A stretch of DNA of 64,000 bases from Euglena gracilis (Eukaryota). Under the pieces are notes generated by a model. The model ran no database searches. It was not told the origin of the DNA and worked only from the letters and a program-made list of their open reading frames with translations. Positions within the stretch are counted from its first letter, which is position 1. Each line of letters starts with the position of its first letter. The stretch is from positions 48,897,847-48,961,846 of the forward strand of contig CP154954.1 of NCBI GenBank assembly GCA_039621445.1. Reading direction: 5' to 3'. Of the stretch, positions 56,600 to 64,000 are shown in pieces. Both the position numbers and the translations under genes were made by a program.

Positions 56600-59500
56600 C
56601 ACACACACTCACACACACACACACACAGCACACACACAGCACAGCACACACACCACCCTCACCACCTAGACATATTTTTTTCTTCCAAATCGTCGTCCAC
56701 TGAATTTGGAGTGATACCAGCGCGGTCCATAAGGGATGGGAAGTGCATTTTTCAAGGACCACCCGTTGAGGACCGCCCTTGGGCTCAGGGCCAGCCGACC
56801 ACATGGGGCCAACACAGTTGGGGTCAACAACCCATACTGTGTTGACCCCGTTCAATGCAGTAGGGTTTGAACAGGGTCAAAAATTAAAAGGTCGAAAAAC
56901 ACATTTTTTTGACACTTTGGGTGGATGGAGGATGGTCCAAAATTGCCAGAAATCACTTTTCCCCCGAAGTTAAATGTGTTTTTTTTTGCCATTTTTTTCG
57001 GCCATTTTCCCCTGTGGATTTTTTATTGAATGTGTTGGGATGGGTTTTTTTTTTGCTTCAGCACCCCCCTGAGTGATGCTGGCTAAAATGTCTTCCCTGT
57101 CTTCTTACACTTTTCGCAACACATGTGCAAGCTTTTTGTGCATAGTTGTGTGAAAAATGCACCACTGACGGGTTCCCATTTATCATGTTTCGGTGCCAGA
57201 GACACCGTGTCTCGGTGCCAGACACCGGGCGAGATGCCTGGGACCAGCATTGTCTTGTTCTGTGGCCCACATGGGCCCTCATCTTCCTCCGTCTGGTGCC
57301 CTTCGGTCGCCATGGCATAAGAGCAAGGGGCGCCGTCCAGTGACCCTCCATACACCATTCCAAAAGCCTTCTTGGTGCTCTGGATTGATGCGGTGAGACG
57401 ATGTTGAAGTTTTCCCTAAGCTTGTAGGCGTAAAGCCGCCAGATCCCTTCGGCCCTGTAACCTCTCTCTTCACGGTGTGGACCAGGGGAAGGTGGGTACC
57501 CCTGCGACTTGGATGCTGGCCCAGGCCCAACGTGTTACTCTGACAGCTTTTTTGAGACATATGAGGCTGCTCAGCCTGTTTTGCCTTTGACCCTCGCTAC
57601 ATACCCATTCATGTCTTTATTCCCCGATGCATCCTGTGTGTCTTTTTGCTCCCATCGCATAAATGAAGGGCAGTTTTATGTGAAGGTGTGTTTGGCGATT
57701 TAATTCCAGGAAACTGCAAGCAAATGTACATAATCTGCTTGGTTCAAAAGACAAGCACCTGTGGCGCATCTGGGATATTTACCCCGGGTATCCCGTTCCT
57801 ATCCTCCAAAATTCAATCGAAATAAAAAAATTTTAAAAAAAGAAATCCCAAAAAAAAAACAAATGAAAGATCACGGCACACAAAAAAGATGAGGCAAATG
57901 TCTTTGCTGCACGACATCGAATGTGGTGTGAATCATCTGTGGCAATTTAGAAACCCCCGTCAGGGCGTAGCTTAAGAAAATTTGAGGCTGGAAAATTTGG
58001 GCTGGCTGGAAAAAGGCTGCTGGCTGACCTCCCCCTCCCCACACCCCACAGGCGGGCTGGAGCTGGGCCCAACCTGGGTCGAACCGGGTACCAAAAAATC
58101 GAAGTTGCAAAAATGTCCAAAAAAACTGCCAATTATGCAATAAATTAGTTTTTTTAAAACCCCAAATTTGCCCTGGCCGGCCCTTTTCTGGCCCATTTTC
58201 GCCCATTTTTTTGGTCCATTTTTGCACCCATTTTTGCAAAAAGCCCGTCACTGCCCAGCTGCCCTTCGGGCAACTGGAAATAAATAAAACTCATTGATGG
58301 GGGGGTCCCGGGCTGGAAAATGGCTGCTGGCTGGCTGGGGGTTGTTATAAAATGCCCTGACCTCCGCAGGGGGGGTGGGGCGAACTGAAGCCTCTATTAT
58401 TATATTAGACCGACCCCGGAATTTGACTAAAGTCATCTATGCACATCCCAAATGGAGAAAATTTGGCTGAAACTTGTACCTGCACGTAGCAGAAGCCCCG
58501 GAATGAACCTGCCCCCCCCCCCACCCCACTTATAACCCCCCATCCCAGAAAACCCCACTGATAAGCTCCCAATCCCTGTACTCAATCACCGAACCTCGGC
58601 AACCCCCCTAGAAGGAAAAAGCGCGCCAATAAAACCAGGTGATCGGCATGCCCACCAACCTCCGAGACATAAACCATAATGCCCCCCTATTTTGGACTCT
58701 GCGGATCCGCTGCCTCGATTTAACCCCCCCTGTGCCCGTGCCGACCACCAAAACGGGGTCCTTTAACCCCCTGGGGGTTATCAGTGGGGCAGTCCCATGG
58801 GCAGTGTTTTGAGGTGGTTATGGGACGTAATGTGCCTGGAGGTGTCCTCCGAGAAATCTCTCCATTTGGTTTCCAAGAGGTCTTTTGCGGGCCAAAGGAA
58901 CGACAACGAGCTCTCCGCCCCCCCCCCCATTTCGGCCAGGCAGGCCGGACGGCCTCGGCGCGATGGGACAGCACGAGCCGAACTTCACCGGCGCCGCCCT
59001 CCTGGTGGCCCAGCGCTTTGGCACAGAGCAGCAGCTTCGGACGATGGTGGCAGGCACGCCCTTCACCCTGGGCATCACCACCTCGGGTGGCGAGTTTGGC
59101 GGTGATGTCAAGCTGGCCAGGCGTGTTGTTTTTCTGATGCTTGTGCGTGCATGTGTGTGTATGTGGTGTGGTATGTGCGTGTGTGTGGTGTGCCTGTGTG
59201 TATATTTGTTGTTGTTTTTTTGCATAATTGGCAGTTGTTTTAGACTCTATTGCAGTTTCAATTTTTTTATTGGTACCTGGTTCTACTCCGGGTCAGGCCC
59301 AGTTCGGGGCTTTGTCTGGGGTCAGGGGTTTTTTTTTAGACTTGGACCCCTGGGGCAGCTCACCTCCAACTATTGCACTCTGGACAAGTGACGGCAAAGG
59401 AACGTTGTCCTTTTTTTTCTTTTGGAAGACTTCCTGTCATGTCTCCTGTGTTACGTACCACCTTTGTAAGGAGCTTCAAGATGTCGGACTGCAAGCACAA

Positions 59501-62500
59501 AGAGAATGGGTGCATAAGTAGGTTCGAATTCAAAACACGCCAGGCGGAAAGGCCCCCGGTCTTAAAAAAAAACCCCTTTCTGGGGTCCAAAGACCCGAAC
59601 CAGGCCCAACCCGGAGTCGACCTGGGGGGGGGGAGGTCAGCTTGCACCTGAGGTGGACCTCCCGGGGGGGGGGGGGCGTTAAAGACGCTGTCACCACCTT
59701 GCAGGTAACAGGCCCCCTGGTGCCAAATGGTGGTGCGTATGGAGCAAAGGGCGCCTCCGCCCCCCCCCCCCACAGGCTTCGCCGGCCAGAGGGGACGCTG
59801 GTGGCCCCCGCCCCGGCCTCCATCTTGGCGTGCGCCTCGGCTGCCGCGTCGTACGCCCTCCCCGCCCGGGCCACCGCCGCGCACTGTGGGTGTGTGGCAG
59901 GGGTTTTTTTTGAGCCGGAGGGGACCCACCCCCCGGGGAGTCCAGCCAGCACCTCCTAGCCGCGCTGCGCCTTTCCCCCCCGGGGTCCGCTGAAATCTAG
60001 TTTGGGACAGCCTGGAGAAGCTTGGCTGGACCGAAAAAAGCACAAAGCTTTTGGCACAAAACTTTGGAAAAAGGAGGTCAACAATGGCTAAAGAATGGCA
60101 GTTTTGGGTGGTTTTTGCCCCCCCCCAAATTTTGGCTTAAAAACGCCCACCCTGCTGGATTTGGGCTTTTTTTTAGGCATTTTTGGGGGGGGTACCTTCG
60201 GGTCCAGCTCCCACCCAGCCGGATCCCCCACCCTGTACCAGACCATTGCTTAACACCTGTCCCACCCCCCCCCCCCCGGGGGTGACTGACTGGTTTTTTC
60301 AGAGTGACTGGCTGGTTTTTTGGCCGTGACCCCCCTCCCCCGGGGTGGGGTAGGCCCGAAATCACCCAAAAGTGGCTGAGTGGCGAACCGGCGCCGAAGG
60401 TGCCGGAGAAAATTTTGGCCAAAAGTGGCTTTGAAAAGCCAAAAAGTGACTGGTTTTCCTGAGTGGCCGATCCCCCCGGGGGGGGGGGTAAAGTGACTGA
60501 CTGGCTTGGCCGAAAAAGTGACTGACTGGTTTTTTTCAGAGTGGAAAGTGACCCCCCTCCCGGGGGGGGGGGGTCGCTAAGCAATGGTATGCCCTGGACC
60601 CCCACTCCCCTAGGGGGGGCCGGCCAGTACCTTTTTCCAGTCGGCCTGTGGGACCCCTGGGGTCCTTACCCCCTCCTTGTCTAAGCACCCCCTTGTCAAA
60701 GCCCCCCCAGTTCTTCCCATCTTGTTCCGGTTCTTGACAAGGGGGGGTAAGAAAACCCCTGGTGTGTGGTGTGGTGCCGCCCTCGCCCTTGTCCATCGTG
60801 GTGGGGCAGGGGAGAGGGTTGCTCTGGCCCGCCTCGGCCGGGCTCGACCTGGGCGCCTCCGCGGACCCCGCCTGCTACCCGCTCTCCGACACGGTGTACT
60901 TTGTGGTCCGGCCTGTGCCGCTGTGAGGATGGGCGCCCCGTTGCCTGTTCCGCTCCCCAATGCAGGGGGCGAGGGCACTTGCCCGCTCCCTGGTGGTTAT
61001 CCACACTGGGCAAAATGATACTCTGGGATGGCTTTTGTCCAAGGAGTGCCCATGCCCACCTTTCTCCCCCTTAGTTGCACTAAGGCTTCTTGTCTGTTTA
61101 TGGCCGCTAAATTCGCTTCTGGCCCAGTTTGCTGTGCGGTGAGTGGCCAGGGACCCCTTACACCAGTGCTCTTTTGTTGCTCCGCCTGGCCGGGTGAGCA
61201 ACTCTGGTGTAATTCCAGCGCTGTAGGGACATGCACTCACCTTGTGTGGTTGGTGTGGTTCCCGTGGGTGGGTCTACACCCTTGTGCCCCAGTGCTGCTC
61301 TTGCCTCCTGCCCTCTTCCCACTTTTCTGTGTGGGGGATGCATGGTGCGGGAACAACGCCATGACTTGAATAATTCCAGTGTGGCCTCACGGTCCCGCGG
61401 CTTCGGTAAACCCGGGTTACCAAGTCTCGGCCTTAGGGCGGGTGGCGGGTGGGTAGTGTGCTGCTTTCTCCCCCTCCGTGATCGCAGGTCGCCCCTTGAC
61501 GCACCCTTGGGCTGGAGGCGGGAAACGCAGGAGACAAGGCTTATGCTGTCCCTACACCCATGAACCTCCCGTCTGGGAAACTGTCGCCAGACAAGTTAGC
61601 CAGGACGGGATATAGAAAAGTCCCTGTGAGGCCAGGGGAGCAGAGAGGGCAGGCAAAATTTTTGGTTGGGAAGCCAACAGGTTCCCAACCCCTCCGCGAG
61701 GTTGGCTGCCAACAGCTTAAAGAGCTTTTGTCAAAATAATTGTGACCCGGAGCTCGTCAACACCTTTCCGCATGTTGTCACCTCGGACAATGATTTTTTT
61801 AATAAAATTTATATTTAAATACTTCTCGGGGCACTGGGTCTTGGGCACTTTTGCCCATGTGTGTGCTCATTAATGCTGAACACGCTGGATCAAGGCCTGT
61901 GAAACCATTGCCAACGGCGTCCGGTTTGAAAATGTCGGAAAAGACCAGTTTGATCAGCACAGCATTTTCCTCAAAAAAAAACCGCAACCGAACGCCGGAT
62001 GCCACACCTCCATGCACCCCCCCCCCCGTCTGCGCTTTTCATTTGTGCCGAGCGTGGCCAGAGCCCACCGGGGTTCCCACAGCGGCGCATGGCAGACACC
62101 CCAGTGCGACCGTCCCTCCGCCGCCGCTCTCGACACGGAATCCGTGGCCTTCCTGCGGTGGGCCTTCGGGGCTGACAGCCTCGCCGCCGCCCTCGAGGAC
62201 GCAGGGCTCGCACCGCTGGCCACCGCGTCCCCCGCTGTGGTGGCGGCCAACGACCAGCCGACTCCCCTGCCCCGTCCGGTGGGGGGAGGCAGAGACCTGT
62301 GCGAACCCATTCGGGGTCTGGCCCCCACCCCTTCAGGTGGGGGTGCTTTTCAGGAACTCCTGGGTTGGCCGGCCACAGGTGCCGCCGCTGTTCCGGCTGG
62401 CAGTGTGGGTGACATCGCCGGGGCAGGGGTGTCCTTGCGGCATTGCTGGTGTTGAGTTGCACGCCTGCTCCGGGCAGTTCATTCAGGAAGCTTCTTTCAT

Positions 62501-63825
62501 GCCCTAGTTTGCACAGCTGAGATTTTCGGTAAGGTGCGTGTGTACATGCACCCACGCATGCATTCATGCAGAAGAAAAAGAAAGAAGATATGCATTCCAT
62601 ACGTGAGATACACAGCAGCCTTGTCCTTTTTTCTTTCATTGTCTCTTCCATCAACTATCTAACCCCCGGGGGGTTACATTTTTAACCACTCATAATTCCC
62701 AATCCGGTTTGGTGGTTGGGGTTGCAAGCAGGATTGGGCTCTAAGTTGACGTTTGGTGTTTTCCTGGAAGGGGTTCACAAAAGTGCCTTTTTGTCCTAAA
62801 AGGTATTTTGGGTCGGTATTTTTGTCATCACGTTATGGGTTGGCATGTGGTGCACACGTGTTGGCAGATTTTGTTTTTGAATCCTTGTTCCCTTTTTGGC
62901 CTGAGGGGCTTGAGTGGGAGGGGGGTTAGAAGCCTGTGACACCAAAATCTGACACGTGCCTGAAGGTGGAACATCGTGCCCAATGAAATCCGCGTGCACA
63001 GCATAATTTGTCCTGCACGCCCAATTGCATTGTGAAATGCGCCTTTTGCATTATTCCCAACACTCCTCCGTCTCTGATTTCACCAACCGCATTGCCCCAG
63101 CTCCCTGCTGATCAACGGACGTGGTGCCCATCGTCGTCGGTGCCTGTGTCGGGGCCTTCTTCCTCCTCCTCATCCTGGTGGGGTGGTACGTGTGGAAGTC
63201 CTCGCGTGGCCAGGGCCCTGGGGTCATGCTACCTGAGGCTGGCACCCAAATGAGGCCGAAACGCTGAATTCGCCGCACATGGTTTTAGTCTTCCGATGCA
63301 AAATGGTGTGTCAGTATGGCTGCTCTTTTGCAGCGGCAACGCTCCCCTTCATTTTTGGCCCAAAGCGCGGAGTGTCAAGCCACTGCGTGATAAGGTGACC
63401 TCTTAAAATAAAAGACTAGTTTTTGTAGTTTTTTTTGTAGTTTGATATCAAGGGATGAATATAACCAAGGACATCGTACTCAGACACCCTCACACTCAGC
63501 AAAGAAGATAACACTGGAATTCTTTCATCTTCCTCGCCCCTTCACCACAGAGGGACTGTCCTCTGAATGCACTTGTTTTATGTGTGTGCACGTCCGTGTT
63601 TTCCGTGTTTTGTATACATGTTCTTGTGTTTTCCATGTATGTCGTGTATGTGTGTGTGTGTGTGTGTGTTTTCCATGTTTTCCGGCGGTTTCTGACCGCT
63701 GAGGCGGCCCTTCCCGGGGCTGTGCAGGCGACATGCGGGCCCTGCGCAAGCAGTTCTCCGACGTGAAGGTGGCAGAGGACTGCGCCGAGGCCATCGCCTG
63801 CTTCGACCTGGATGCGGTGTCCTGG
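43645..63825 (+). CDS. Single-pass membrane receptor with signal peptide and PstS/PBP2-like phosphate-binding domains; probable receptor nucleotidyl cyclase (catalytic part outside the window), partial
   Basis: Signal peptide MRGLRLLALALLAGMAIA, then PstS-like motifs IVGAGTALP...VQYSAGESRAGI (43645-43839), VDFAAS (45102-45178), IVPVYNL...LSQIFSGQIK (45460-45618), WDDSRIKSSNP (from 45895), VVLQDASDTT (from 47057), LGYAP (~48140-48298), AWPIVTYNYVVLRK (from ~50530). A second degenerate copy follows (LVLDVPTLARILEGDIRTW 55743-55960; CYPLSDTVYFVVR ~60845-60910), then a TM helix at 63118-63208 and a cytosolic start RDMRALRKQFS at ~63728-63825. Confidence 0.75.
43840..45101 (+). other. Non-conventional intron with 11-bp terminal stem
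   Basis: gag-CAGGCTTCGGC ... GCTGAAGCCTG-gcatc. In-frame join ICRL|EAFAAEC. Confidence 0.8.
48350..48596. mobile_element. MITE with TA-C(n)-AATAGAAG termini
   Basis: TACCCCCCCCCCCAATAGAAG ... CTTCTATTAGGGGGGGGGGGGGGTTA; related fragments at ~29400 and ~29570. Confidence 0.6.
50193..50472. mobile_element. MITE, CAGGGGTTTTTTT family, 8-bp TSD
   Basis: CAGGGGTTCTTTTA ... TAAAAAAACCCCTG; flanks gccgagac / gtcgagac (7/8). Confidence 0.82.
51134..51571. mobile_element. AT-rich MITE, CAG/CTG TIR, 8-bp TSD
   Basis: CAGGGAGTATTTTTA ... TAAAAGTACCCCCTG; flanks aatacata / aatacatc (7/8). Confidence 0.8.
52276..52624. mobile_element. TAACCCC...GGGGTTA element; inverted copy at ~54085-54487
   Basis: GGCTTTATATTTGGACGGGATTTCAAGGCCCTCAGGGG (~52307) occurs as a reverse complement at ~54421-54459. 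Confidence 0.75.
52925..53325. mobile_element. hAT-like MITE, perfect 18-bp TIR, perfect 8-bp TSD
   Basis: CAGGGTTCGATATAAGGA ... TCCTTATATCGAACCCTG; GGCCCAAC at 52917-52924 and 53326-53333. Confidence 0.92.
56490..56655. repeat. (CA)n microsatellite
   Basis: Direct reading. Confidence 0.95.
57961..58359. mobile_element. MITE, CAG/CTG TIR, degenerate 8-bp TSD
   Basis: CAGGGCGT ... ATGCCCTG; flanks acccccgt / acctccgc (6/8). The interior resembles the reverse complement of ~14815-15040. Confidence 0.6.
59323..59578. mobile_element. MITE, CAGGGGTTTTTTT family, perfect 8-bp TSD
   Basis: CAGGGGTTTTTTT ... AAAAAAACCCCTT; TCTGGGGT at 59315-59322 and 59579-59586. Confidence 0.85.
60239..60591. 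mobile_element. GTGACTGACTGG-rich MITE, 8-bp TSD
   Basis: CAGACCATTGCTTA ... TAAGCAATGGTATG; flanks ccctgtac / ccctggac (7/8). Confidence 0.8.
61071..61463 (-). mobile_element. Longest copy of the SINE-like retroposon (~390 bp)
   Basis: Same 3' end as the other copies (TTAGTTGCAC on the + strand); 11-bp direct repeat CTTTCTCCCCC at 61060-61070 and 61464-61474. Confidence 0.7.
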
Positions 63826-64000
63826 CCAGGCGTCTCTTGATTGCATGGGGTGGGGGGGGGCAGCGTTGACAACGTTGCCACCCAAGGATTGAGCCTTCGG
63901 CAGTATCGTCTGGTGCTCGATGGCTGGGTTCGTCAAGGTTTTCCCCGTCGGCAGCCAACCCCGGATGGGACACACCCCGGAAGGGGCTGACAGAAGCCTG

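Overview
This is eukaryotic DNA, most likely euglenid (Euglena-like). Short GC3-rich exons are separated by a mix of conventional GT-AG introns and non-conventional stem-forming introns (N3-CAG...CTG-N5). Four + strand genes are visible: (1) a partial Trf4/PAPD5-type non-canonical poly(A) polymerase; (2) a complete MPP10 gene nested on the same strand inside a 14.3-kb intron of gene 1; (3) a poorly resolved multi-exon hypothetical gene at about 25-39 kb; (4) a large single-pass membrane receptor with PstS-like phosphate-binding domains that runs off the right edge. The introns are packed with non-autonomous elements. The main observation is that several MITE families have CAG...CTG terminal inverted repeats (TIRs) and 8-bp target-site duplications (TSDs). 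That geometry (3+5=8 nt outside the CAG/CTG stem) matches the non-conventional introns, and two gene introns still show 7/8-identical flanking duplications, which points to a transposon-driven intron-generating system. Exon boundaries were derived by eye and gene identities from remembered family motifs; no searches were run.
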